The notes under the pieces are model-generated. The model did no database searches. It was not told the origin of the DNA and worked only from the letters and a program-made list of their open reading frames with translations. Below, piece by piece: positions 1 to 9,047 of a stretch of 64,000 nucleotides of DNA. The number at the start of each line of letters is the position of its first letter. Within the stretch, counting starts at the first letter, position 1. The translations under genes were made by a program, and so were the position numbers. The DNA comes from Marinicella sp. (GTDB lineage: Bacteria > Pseudomonadota > Gammaproteobacteria > Xanthomonadales > Marinicellaceae), in the NCBI GenBank assembly GCA_965230295.1, contig OZ246001.1, forward strand, positions 2,240,001-2,304,000. Reading direction: 5' to 3'.

Positions 1-185
1 GATTCAGTGGCGAGCAAGGGTAACACGGTTTTAATTTCTATTGACGCATCAGTGAGGTTCAGGTCTTGACTGGCCTTGGGGTTGATGTGAATGATTTCAT
101 TCTGCTCGTTGAGGGTGATGATCCCCCATTCAGCCGCTTGGTAATGATCATAAATGTGCTGCAGAATGGTTGCAGGTAAACTCAC
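1..185 (-). CDS. Partial CDS (runs off the window), N-terminal PAS-like sensor domain; probably a signalling protein
   Basis: Not in the ORF track. GTG at 185-183 overlaps the GTPase TGA (GTGA). Reads MSLPATILQHIYDHYQAAEWGIITLNEQNEIIHINPKASQDL... with no stop to the window edge; GIITLNEQNEIIHINPKA resembles a PAS start. Confidence 0.6.
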   Translation of the reverse strand, partial: MSLPATILQHIYDHYQAAEWGIITLNEQNEIIHINPKASQDLNLTDASIEIKTVLPLLATE

Positions 186-658
186 GGCAGTTGCTGTGAC
201 AAGGCCAAAAACCCTGCTTCAACATTTTCTCCTGTTTTGGCGCTGGTCCAAAAACTATGCGTTGTCAGGTTGGCGATTGTATGGTCAAAATCGTCCTGCC
301 AATTGATGTCGTCTTTAAGGTCAGATTTATTGATAAAACAAACGGCTGGCAGTTCTTTCAATTCTGGAGAGTCCTGGATGATTTGTTCTAAAGTAACCAG
401 TGACTCTGGTTCTGTGGCATCCACCACATAAATGATGCCATGAGCACCTCTGAGGTAGGGTTTGTAGTGGTTTTCCTGCTCAAAACCAGCGATGTCCCAA
501 ATGATGAATTTGGTGCGGTCATCAATGATTTTTGTGGCAATGGCCACACCCACCGTGGTTTGGTATTTTTCAGAAAAATGATTTTTAACATAACGATCAA
601 CCAATGATGTTTTGCCCACCGCGAATCGACCAATCATACAAATCTTTTTTGAAATCAT
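182..658 (-). CDS. Rab/Ras-like single-domain small GTPase (Rup-type)
   Basis: 158 aa with G1 GRFAVGKT, G2 YQTTVG, G3 WDIAG, G4 NKSD, G5 TSAKT. Confidence 0.92.
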   Translation of the reverse strand: MISKKICMIGRFAVGKTSLVDRYVKNHFSEKYQTTVGVAIATKIIDDRTKFIIWDIAGFEQENHYKPYLRGAHGIIYVVDATEPESLVTLEQIIQDSPELKELPAVCFINKSDLKDDINWQDDFDHTIANLTTHSFWTSAKTGENVEAGFLALSQQLP

Positions 659-2457
659 TCCAATACCTCAAACCACACACCAATCTTGGTGAGATCAATT
701 TCTTCTGTTGTGGTGTTGCATGTGGTGGCTTCGGTCAGCATGTCATTCGGTTTTAATCCATTTGATTGTAAGTAATTATAAACCATACTTAATCGCAATT
801 GATTGTTCTCATTGCTTTGACTCACCGAACCTTGACAATCACTTTGGGCGATCAAGTTAATTTTGGCATTGGGATGAAAAACTTGTAACTGTTTGAGCTT
901 GGTTACCAACAAATCTAATTGTAAACGATGTTCATCACCCATATTGACCACACTGATGAGGCTTAGGGAATTTGAATTGATGTGATTTCTGAGTTCTGAC
1001 GGCTCCACCAACTTGACTGCATCCGTGATGATCGGGCCGAATTTTTCAAGCTGAGCTGAATATGCGTTGTAAGTGACCTCATCACTGACACCTGCCAATG
1101 TGATACCATCACCTGTTTCAGTGACCTGAAGTGCAAGAGGCGGTGGATTGGCATGCAGGAAATCACTCAAAGTTTCGCTGTCGATCAAAGTGGTTTGGTC
1201 AGATAATTGATTAACCCCAGGCATCATTCGAATGAAATTCAACTCTTGTTGTATGTCAACGGATTCATCGATGGCCCCCGTCAAAGTGACTTCATTGTTT
1301 TCAGAATGAACTTTGATGTTGGGCTGACCCAACAGATTCGCAATGCGTTTTGCCACGATTTCATCTTGCAAAGATATATAGGGTGTACTGTTAATTACGA
1401 CATGGTCATCCAGCCCGGTAAACTCTGCCAAAGGGTCTTGTAAGCCGGTGGCTTGGAATGCATCGTTTTCATAAGTCAGGTCTTGCAGCACAAAGCCAGG
1501 TGTGGCAGATAATTGATTCGAAATGGCTAACTTGGCTGACTGGTGTTGGTAGCTTGACCAGGAGAAATAAACGATGATGGCCATGATGGCAATTAACCAA
1601 GGCCAATAATTGATGCCTTTAGGCTTGTCTTCATCTTCAGACTGGGATTTGGTTAACAGCAGTTTTTCCAATTCAGACCGCAGCTCAGAGTTCTGATTCC
1701 ATTTGGATTGATCTTCAAGATCTTGGAAGTAATTTAAATGAATACCTTCCAGGACGCCAGTCATGCTGTCCCTTAACCGGGCGGTTGGTGCACCTTTAAT
1801 GACTGCAGCAATGTTGGCTGTATTGCCGTGGATCAGCCAAACCAAATTGTCACCCAATTCAGCCGCTGATAGGCCTTCGCCGTCCTTGCTAACGGCGTCT
1901 TTGACAAAATCTTGGATCGCTGTCAACATCGCAGACATGGCTTCTTTATCTTGTAACAGTTCTTCTTCATGGCCGACGAATTCAATCAACATCCCTGAAT
2001 GGTTATCAATCAGAAAGACTTGTTGGACTTGATACTCGATGGTGTTATTAAAGACAATTTCTGCAAATGGAACGCCGGTGGTAAAAGCTTTCCAACGCCA
2101 CCTCAATGCTTTGGCAGAAATGCCCATTTCCACCGCTCGGTTTACATCGGCCACGAATCGGCGAATGGCCGAGGAGACAGATTTCCTGATCATTGGTCCA
2201 ATGATGGGTAGCAAAGCATCTATGAAGGTTTGCTTGTTGGCTTTAACCGCTCGAACATAAGACTTGGGGTCTATCTTGGAGAACTTTTTTTGAAAATTGG
2301 GGTTGGCTGCAATGACCAAGTCAGCAGCAGGGTCCAAAACTTCACTGACTTTTTCAGTGAGCTGTTGCTTGTCATGCAGTAATTTGTGTATGGCTTTTAA
2401 TTGAGCAAGTTCCTCACTCAGCAACAAGGCTTTGAGTTTTTGGCGGTCATCGCTCAT
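655..2457 (-). CDS. Membrane protein: cytoplasmic helical + roadblock/longin-like region, one TM helix, periplasmic BON-like and degenerate OmpA-like domains
   Basis: VQQVFLIDNHSGMLI...MSAMLTAIQDFVKD; TM WPWLIAIMAIIVYFSW; NIKVHSENNEVTLTG (BON-like); INLIAQSDCQGS...RLSMVYNYLQSNG (OmpA_C-like). ATGA overlap with the GTPase. Confidence 0.7.
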   Translation of the reverse strand: MSDDRQKLKALLLSEELAQLKAIHKLLHDKQQLTEKVSEVLDPAADLVIAANPNFQKKFSKIDPKSYVRAVKANKQTFIDALLPIIGPMIRKSVSSAIRRFVADVNRAVEMGISAKALRWRWKAFTTGVPFAEIVFNNTIEYQVQQVFLIDNHSGMLIEFVGHEEELLQDKEAMSAMLTAIQDFVKDAVSKDGEGLSAAELGDNLVWLIHGNTANIAAVIKGAPTARLRDSMTGVLEGIHLNYFQDLEDQSKWNQNSELRSELEKLLLTKSQSEDEDKPKGINYWPWLIAIMAIIVYFSWSSYQHQSAKLAISNQLSATPGFVLQDLTYENDAFQATGLQDPLAEFTGLDDHVVINSTPYISLQDEIVAKRIANLLGQPNIKVHSENNEVTLTGAIDESVDIQQELNFIRMMPGVNQLSDQTTLIDSETLSDFLHANPPPLALQVTETGDGITLAGVSDEVTYNAYSAQLEKFGPIITDAVKLVEPSELRNHINSNSLSLISVVNMGDEHRLQLDLLVTKLKQLQVFHPNAKINLIAQSDCQGSVSQSNENNQLRLSMVYNYLQSNGLKPNDMLTEATTCNTTTEEIDLTKIGVWFEVLE

Positions 2458-2464
2458 GCTTTAT

Positions 2465-2860
2465 TTACTCAGCAATTTGATCAGCCATTTTTCTCAACAG
2501 GTCTGACAATTCATTGCGGTGAGTCAGTCGCTGATCCAAGTCATTGGATTTATCTTGTAACTCACCCAGGATGCTGGCTTCGGTTTCGATGATGCGGTTT
2601 TTCAAGCTGTCTTCAATAGATTGCATGCGATCACTTTGATCGGCTTGTAAGTCGGTTAAATTTTGCGCACTTTTGTCTTCAGCTTTTTTCAGGTTGTTAC
2701 TCAGCTGCTTGTTCAAGGCTTCTATTTGTTTCTTGATGGCATTGAACTGTTTGTTAATTTCTGATTCCAATTGGGCAAATTTTTTCTCGATGTTTTTGGT
2801 CTGCTCACCAAACAGAATGTCTCTGATTTGATCCACTGAATCAATGTTTTTTTCTGACAT
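2465..2860 (-). CDS. Coiled-coil protein
   Basis: 131 aa, VDQIRDILFG N-terminus then heptad-rich helix; 7 nt from the next gene. Confidence 0.75.
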   Translation of the reverse strand: MSEKNIDSVDQIRDILFGEQTKNIEKKFAQLESEINKQFNAIKKQIEALNKQLSNNLKKAEDKSAQNLTDLQADQSDRMQSIEDSLKNRIIETEASILGELQDKSNDLDQRLTHRNELSDLLRKMADQIAE

Positions 2861-2878
2861 AAAAAATAGCTCCTGTCG

Positions 2879-3556
2879 TTATACTTTAATCAGTCGATAA
2901 CCTTTGTGGTACACCGAGACCAATTTCCAACCAGTGCTGCCATCCAATGAAAGCTTCTTGCGCAATCGACTGATGTGGGTGTCTACGGTTCGGGTGGTGA
3001 TGGCTGAACTTTTGGTCCAGATGGTCTCTAATAGATAATCTCTGGATATCAAACGGTCCTGGTTGTTAAAAAAGAAATTGGCCAACTGATATTCTTTGGC
3101 GGTTAATTTCACTGAAGTTTGGTTGTAAGAAATGACTGTTTCTTTGGCGTTGAAAGTGAAGGGTTCAACGGAAACCAGATTATCCATACTTTGACTGTGT
3201 CGTCGATGTAAAGCTTGAGATCGGGCGATCAATTCCGCTTGCTTAATTGGCTTAACCAGATAATCATCAGCACCCTGGTCCAAGGCTTTAACCAAATCAT
3301 CTTCGTGATTGCGGGTGGTGGCAAAAATAACTGGTAGGTCTTTGTGCTCACTGGATCGGACCCAATTCAAAACTTCAAGACCGCTGATGACGGGTAAATT
3401 CCAGTCCAGTATCAACAGATCAGGATGCTCGTAGGGAAGCTTTTCGATAAAATCCCTGCCATTGCTGTAGCATTGACAGCTGTGGCCCTTTTCTTCCAAC
3501 CAATGCTGAACCAACTGGGCTTGATCCAAGTCGTCTTCTAAGATAAATACCTTCAT
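2879..3556 (-). CDS. OmpR/PhoB-family response regulator
   Basis: Receiver (ILEDD, LILDWNLP, GADDYLVKP) plus winged helix (RTVDTHISRLRKKL...GYRL). Confidence 0.95.
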   Translation of the reverse strand: MKVFILEDDLDQAQLVQHWLEEKGHSCQCYSNGRDFIEKLPYEHPDLLILDWNLPVISGLEVLNWVRSSEHKDLPVIFATTRNHEDDLVKALDQGADDYLVKPIKQAELIARSQALHRRHSQSMDNLVSVEPFTFNAKETVISYNQTSVKLTAKEYQLANFFFNNQDRLISRDYLLETIWTKSSAITTRTVDTHISRLRKKLSLDGSTGWKLVSVYHKGYRLIKV

Positions 3557-3688
3557 TCAATTCCTATTCTTTTCAGTAGTTATAGTAACATTCTAACCTA
3601 AATTAACAAATTATTACATGTTCAATAATGCATGTAAAATGTTGATCTATAAATCAAAACCCATTATGTATGAATTTATCAACAAAAC

Positions 3689-5047
3689 TCAGCGGTTCAT
3701 TAAGTTGATGAATGCTTTTTTCAAGCCTGTATATGGTGCTCGGACCAAGCTGTTCAGGTTGATTCTGGATTGATAATAAACTGACTTCATGTGGCTCATA
3801 GACACAAAGCCCTGATAGCCATGATAGCTGCCCATACCGCTGGCACCAATGCCGCCAAAAGGCAGTCCTTGTTGAGCAAACTGAACCAGGGTTTCATTGA
3901 TGGTTAATGAGCCAGAATGGGTCTGCTCAGAGACTTTTCTGATGGTTTGTTTGCGGTTGCTATATAAGTATAAAGTCAAAGGACGGTCCCTTGCATTGAT
4001 GAAGTCAATTTGTGCAGACAGGTCATCACAACTGATGATCGGTAATATGGGGCCAAAGATTTCAGCGGTCATGATGGGGTGATCCAAGGGTGGATCAATC
4101 ACCAATGTAGGTGGCATTTTTCGGTCTTGGTCACTGGTTCCGATGGTTTTAATACTTTCTGGTGGCAGGTTTGATAATAAACTTTGTAATCGATGGTGGT
4201 GGTTAGGATTGACCACACAACTGTATTGTGGGTTGTTTCCCGGGTCCGGGTATGTGGCTTCTATAGCAGTTGTTAAACATGACACCAATTCATTGACTCT
4301 ACCTGGGTCCACCAAGATGTAATCTGGTGCCAGACAAGTTTGTCCCGCATTGAACCATTTGCCTGCAACAAGGCTGTTGCAGGCTTTTTTCAAGGAATAG
4401 TCGGAATCGATAAGAACCGGTGATTTACCGCCCAATTCAAGGGTCAGTGGCGTCAAATTATCACTGGCATTGTGCATGATGATTTTGCCAACTTCAGTGG
4501 ACCCAGTGAACAGGATGTGATCCAAAGGCAGTTTGCTGAAATGATCAGCCACCAGAACATCACCCAAGACCACAAACACTTCGTCAGGACGGAAAACTTG
4601 AGCCAACACCTGTTCTATCATTTGTGCTGTTTTGTTGGTGATCTCAGAAGGTTTGACCATCACTCTGTTTCCTGCAGCGATGGCGGCCACCAAAGGTTCG
4701 ATCACCAGGTTGAAAGGGTAATTCCACGGTGCCATGATGCCGATGACACCTTTGGGTTGGGGTGTAACGGCACACTTTGATGGATAAAATTTCCAATCAG
4801 CATGCCAGGTCTTCGATCGGGTCCATTGTTTGATGTGCTTGAGGGTGTAATTGATTTCATCCAAACAAACCATGACTTCAGCCAATAAAGTCTCTTCGGT
4901 GCAGCGGTGACGGAAGTCTTGGTTAATGGCAGTAACCACAGTGGTCTGGTTTTTCTTGATGGCTTTGGCCAGTTGCTTCAACCGTTCAATTCTGGTTTTG
5001 ACAGGAATGGGCGGCAGTGACTGCATTTTCTTTAATTGATCTTTCAT
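3689..5047 (-). CDS. Aldehyde dehydrogenase (coniferyl-aldehyde/ALDH3-like)
   Basis: PWNYP, FTGSTEVG, LELGGKSP, catalytic Cys in NAGQTCLAPDY, EIFGP. Confidence 0.93.
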   Translation of the reverse strand: MKDQLKKMQSLPPIPVKTRIERLKQLAKAIKKNQTTVVTAINQDFRHRCTEETLLAEVMVCLDEINYTLKHIKQWTRSKTWHADWKFYPSKCAVTPQPKGVIGIMAPWNYPFNLVIEPLVAAIAAGNRVMVKPSEITNKTAQMIEQVLAQVFRPDEVFVVLGDVLVADHFSKLPLDHILFTGSTEVGKIIMHNASDNLTPLTLELGGKSPVLIDSDYSLKKACNSLVAGKWFNAGQTCLAPDYILVDPGRVNELVSCLTTAIEATYPDPGNNPQYSCVVNPNHHHRLQSLLSNLPPESIKTIGTSDQDRKMPPTLVIDPPLDHPIMTAEIFGPILPIISCDDLSAQIDFINARDRPLTLYLYSNRKQTIRKVSEQTHSGSLTINETLVQFAQQGLPFGGIGASGMGSYHGYQGFVSMSHMKSVYYQSRINLNSLVRAPYTGLKKAFINLMNR

Positions 5048-5086
5048 GGTTTGGTACTGGAATTAATGGTTAAGTACATGGATTAC

Positions 5087-7243
5087 TCACGCGATTGGTA
5101 GATGAATCATGATGGCTGCACCTTCTTGGTGGTTTTGTACGAGGATGGTACCGCCATGTTCTTCAACAATTTTCTTGACAATGGCCAACCCCAATCCAGA
5201 TCCACCCTTCTTGGTGGTTTCATAGGGTTCAAAGACATGGCCAATGATGTCAGGGTTGAATCCATGACCATTGTCTTTGATGGTTAAAATCAGTTGATCG
5301 TTGATGGTCTGGGTGCTGATGCCAATACGAATGTCACCTTGATCCACACTTTCTTGGGCATTCTTAATTAAATTGGTTAACAACTGGGTCATTCGACCTC
5401 GATCCAATAACAGACGTGGCTCAGGTTCAGCCAACTGGATGTTAAAGATGATGCCAGGGTGGGACAAGCTATACAGATCGACCATTTCATTAATCAGTGG
5501 GTTCAACCCACCCAATTCTTTTTTCAATTCAGGCGGTTTGGCATAATCTGAGAAGGCATTGACCAGGGTCTTTAGATTTTCCACTTGCGATACGATGGTC
5601 TGAGTGGCACGATCCAAAATCTCGTCTTCCTCTTTGGTCAACTTGCCACTGAAACGCATGTGCATACGTTCTGCTGATAACTGGATGGGGGTCAACGGAT
5701 TCTTGACTTCATGGGCCAATCGTCTGGCCACCTCGCTCCATGCGGCATCCCTTTGTGCCTGGTTGATGATGGTTTGATCATCAAAGACAATCACATGACC
5801 GCCACCTTCCATTTCAGCTTCACTGATTTGACTGCCACGAACCAGCAATATTCTGCGCAATGAATCTTCTGCGATCAAAACTTCTTGTTGCCAATAATTG
5901 GTTTTGTCGGCCACTTTTTGTTTAATGATGTCGACCAATGGTATCAAAGTCGGGTTTTTCATCGCAATGAAATCAATATTTTGATTGATCAGACTGCGGT
6001 CTTGAAGGTGTAAAATTTTATGGGTGGCTTCATTGCTGAGTCTGATTAAAAAATCATTGTCGATACTGATCACACCACTGGTTAAATGCGACATCACACT
6101 TTCTAGGTAAGCGCGTTGGTTTTCTGCTTCACTTTGGGCACGGTGGGCCAGGGCACTGGAGGTGGCGATCTGGGTTGACATGGAGTTGAAGGATTCGACC
6201 AATAAGCCCAGTTCATCTTTAGTAGCCACTGGGATGACTTTGCTGAAATTGCCTTGGGTGATGGCATCGGTGGCTTCAGACAGCATTTTAATGGGTTCAA
6301 CCAATCGTCTGGCGGATGAAAATGCCCGCAACATGGCCAGCAACACACTGATCAAAAGTACGATCGATAAAATGATCATGAATGTGCTTTTCAGTTGCTG
6401 ACGTTGGAAATTTTGTTTGTTGTATTCGTGGTATTGGGTCTCAATATTGACTGCCAAGCTTTCATAATCTTCAGGGATAGGAAATAAACCTTGTAAGATG
6501 CGGCTTTGGCCGAAATTGATCGAGCGATTGCTGTTGATGGGCACAGCAACCCTCACTTGCATGCCCTCATCAGCAGTGGGCTCGACCCGCGCCAATATGC
6601 CATTGTTGTTCAGTTCACTGATGGTGCTTTGCGGCAGGTTGGGTGAGACAAACTTAAGCGGGTCCAAAGCATTGGAATAAACCAGCTGTCCATCTGCACT
6701 GTAAATGCTCAATGACTTGGCCTTGGAGTCATCCATGAGGCGATCCAGATAAATACCTTGGTTCAATGGGTCAATGTCGGCCAAATCTGCAGCCATGTTT
6801 CGACCCGTGCTCAAATGGGTGTTGGTCTGGGTGTCCAAAAAGATATTGCCCAATGATATGGCATCATTCAAAGCCTCGTCAGTGGCCACATCAAACCACG
6901 AATCGACATATTGGTTGACCAACATGGTGGCAAATAAATACAGCACAATCACTGGTGGTAAAGACAAACCGGTGAACATCAACACCATGCGTGTGGTCAG
7001 TTGTATGCCAGGTTCTTTGCTCCTGCGTTTAAGGATCAGCCACACAATCCGTTGGATGATGATCAAAATCAAGATCACCACTGCCAGCACAGAGGCGGCG
7101 AATAACCAAATATAAATGCGATTGAATTGTTCTTCACCTTGAATGGCCGTGCCCAACAAATAAAGGGCAGCCAATAAAGTGATCACCAGAATGAAAATGG
7201 GCAGGTTTTTATTCAACAGCAGTGATTTCAAGCGTTTTTTCAT
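5087..7243 (-). CDS. NtrY-like sensor histidine kinase (TM, HAMP, PAS, HisKA, HATPase)
   Basis: AWSEVARRLAHEVKNPLTPIQLSAER H-box, NLIKNA, DNGHG, GSGLGLAIVKKI; follows rsmB-DUF4390. Confidence 0.9.
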   Translation of the reverse strand: MKKRLKSLLLNKNLPIFILVITLLAALYLLGTAIQGEEQFNRIYIWLFAASVLAVVILILIIIQRIVWLILKRRSKEPGIQLTTRMVLMFTGLSLPPVIVLYLFATMLVNQYVDSWFDVATDEALNDAISLGNIFLDTQTNTHLSTGRNMAADLADIDPLNQGIYLDRLMDDSKAKSLSIYSADGQLVYSNALDPLKFVSPNLPQSTISELNNNGILARVEPTADEGMQVRVAVPINSNRSINFGQSRILQGLFPIPEDYESLAVNIETQYHEYNKQNFQRQQLKSTFMIILSIVLLISVLLAMLRAFSSARRLVEPIKMLSEATDAITQGNFSKVIPVATKDELGLLVESFNSMSTQIATSSALAHRAQSEAENQRAYLESVMSHLTSGVISIDNDFLIRLSNEATHKILHLQDRSLINQNIDFIAMKNPTLIPLVDIIKQKVADKTNYWQQEVLIAEDSLRRILLVRGSQISEAEMEGGGHVIVFDDQTIINQAQRDAAWSEVARRLAHEVKNPLTPIQLSAERMHMRFSGKLTKEEDEILDRATQTIVSQVENLKTLVNAFSDYAKPPELKKELGGLNPLINEMVDLYSLSHPGIIFNIQLAEPEPRLLLDRGRMTQLLTNLIKNAQESVDQGDIRIGISTQTINDQLILTIKDNGHGFNPDIIGHVFEPYETTKKGGSGLGLAIVKKIVEEHGGTILVQNHQEGAAIMIHLPIA

Positions 7244-7791
7244 GGCACTTCAACTGCGGTCGATGCTGCCATCAAATCAGTGGCTTGCCAGTCTGAATTG
7301 AGGTTCCAGTCGGCATCAAAGACATTGGGTAATTGCATGATGGAGGGCAGGGCTTGCTTGTCCAAAAAGATCCGAGTCATCAAATAATCACCTGCGTGAT
7401 CAGCTGGGAACACGAAACTGGTTTCATGGCCCAGATGTTGTAACAGCTGATCCAGATCAACAAAGCTCTGTTTGGTTTTCAGTATTTTGTTGTGCAATTG
7501 ATATTGGTTGCTGAGCGAAAAATAGCGCACTTCAAAAGTCAGGATTTTACTGCTCACATTGGTGTCAAACCACCAGTCAATTGATTGGTTGATTTTGGCT
7601 TGAACAACAAAGGTAATTACGATGCCGCTTTCAATGGCATCGTGCACTTTTTGTGAAATTTGAACATCAAACTGTGGTTTTACCTGTAGCTCATTGCCCA
7701 CCAAGACTTGTTTGACGCCCTTGAACTCTGTGGCTCCCAGGTTGAAAGTAAACCACAAGAAAACAATCAGAATAAGTCGCTTTACACTCAT
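7240..7791 (-). CDS. DUF4390-family exported protein
   Basis: Signal peptide; conserved position between rsmB and ntrY; ALP...W...SDW C-terminus. Confidence 0.7.
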   Translation of the reverse strand: MSVKRLILIVFLWFTFNLGATEFKGVKQVLVGNELQVKPQFDVQISQKVHDAIESGIVITFVVQAKINQSIDWWFDTNVSSKILTFEVRYFSLSNQYQLHNKILKTKQSFVDLDQLLQHLGHETSFVFPADHAGDYLMTRIFLDKQALPSIMQLPNVFDADWNLNSDWQATDLMAASTAVEVP

Positions 7792-9047
7792 GCGGTTCGT
7801 GATAACAAACAGTAATAAAAGCCATCCATGTGGTCAGTTCCTGTAATGATTTGTTGGCCAAAAAGACAGTTTTCAGCAGCTTCAATGTTGGTTTCCACTG
7901 GCGTGAAACCCGGATTGAACTTTAAAAATTTTTTTATTTGTCGCTCGTTTTCTGCACGAAATACTGAGCATGTGGCATACAAAATTTGACCGCCAATTTT
8001 CACCAAGGGCGCCATCGTTTCAAGGATTTGCTGTTGTAGTTGGGTCAATTGCTTAATGTGTTCTGGTTGCCTTAATAGTTTGATATCTGGGTTGCGTCGC
8101 ACCACACCTGCGGCACTACAAGGTACATCCAACAATATTTTGTCATACTTCTGACCTTGAAACCATGTTTTTGCTTGGGTGGCATCACCTAAAATGATTC
8201 GGCTTGCTGATAAGCCAAGTCTCAATAAGTTGTCTTTGATCAATTCGAGTCTGTGGGCTTCCTTTTCTAAAATATCCAGTTCAATGGTTGGTTCAAGCTC
8301 CAGTAAATGGCAACTCTTCCCACCTGGTGCGGCACAGGCGTCCAAAATTTTCTCATTCGGTTGGGGCGCCAGCATCAGAGCCGCATACTGGGCCGCAGCA
8401 TCTTGCACTGAATAGTCGCCTGACTTCAAAGCAGCGCTGGTAGATGCCTGCGTGTTGGTCAACATTTTTGCTGTTTCGATGCTCTTGTGTGGTGTGCCAT
8501 CGGGTGATGATTTGTGGCTCCGGGTGCGAATCCACAAAGGTGGTTTTTGGTTGTTGGCCCGGAGGATGTCTTCACAGTGGTTTGGCCAGTCTATTCTCAG
8601 TAAATCGATCCACCATTTTGGGTGATTATATTCAACCGATTCATCTTTTGCTTGGAAGCTGTCGTCATGTAAAGTCAGTTTCAATACTTTGTTCAATAGC
8701 CCGGCTGCCCAGTTTTTTTTCAGTTTCCTGGCCGCCCTGATTGCTTCGTTGACCACAGCGTGATCTGGGGTATCTAGATGAAATTTTTGTGCCACAGACA
8801 GGGTCAACAATTCAGCAACTAATTTGTCTTTCAGCGGTTTGTCGATGAATTTTTGCCAGCGGGCGGTTAGGTTTTGGTGGTGCCTCAAGCTTTGGTAACA
8901 GAGGTTTTGGATCCACGCTTTGTCTTGGCTTGAAACATCTTTTGGCAGTATTTGGTTGATGGCTTGTTTCAAGTGTTGTTGTTTGATCACCACTTGATAC
9001 AAGACTTGAGTGGCCAGTACGCGAGTCCTTACAGAGGACTGGGTCAT
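7788..9047 (-). CDS. rsmB: 16S rRNA m5C967 methyltransferase RsmB/Sun
   Basis: NusB-like N-terminus, VQDAAAQ, DACAAPGGKS, LDVPCS, YATCS; follows fmt. Confidence 0.93.
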   Translation of the reverse strand: MTQSSVRTRVLATQVLYQVVIKQQHLKQAINQILPKDVSSQDKAWIQNLCYQSLRHHQNLTARWQKFIDKPLKDKLVAELLTLSVAQKFHLDTPDHAVVNEAIRAARKLKKNWAAGLLNKVLKLTLHDDSFQAKDESVEYNHPKWWIDLLRIDWPNHCEDILRANNQKPPLWIRTRSHKSSPDGTPHKSIETAKMLTNTQASTSAALKSGDYSVQDAAAQYAALMLAPQPNEKILDACAAPGGKSCHLLELEPTIELDILEKEAHRLELIKDNLLRLGLSASRIILGDATQAKTWFQGQKYDKILLDVPCSAAGVVRRNPDIKLLRQPEHIKQLTQLQQQILETMAPLVKIGGQILYATCSVFRAENERQIKKFLKFNPGFTPVETNIEAAENCLFGQQIITGTDHMDGFYYCLLSRTA

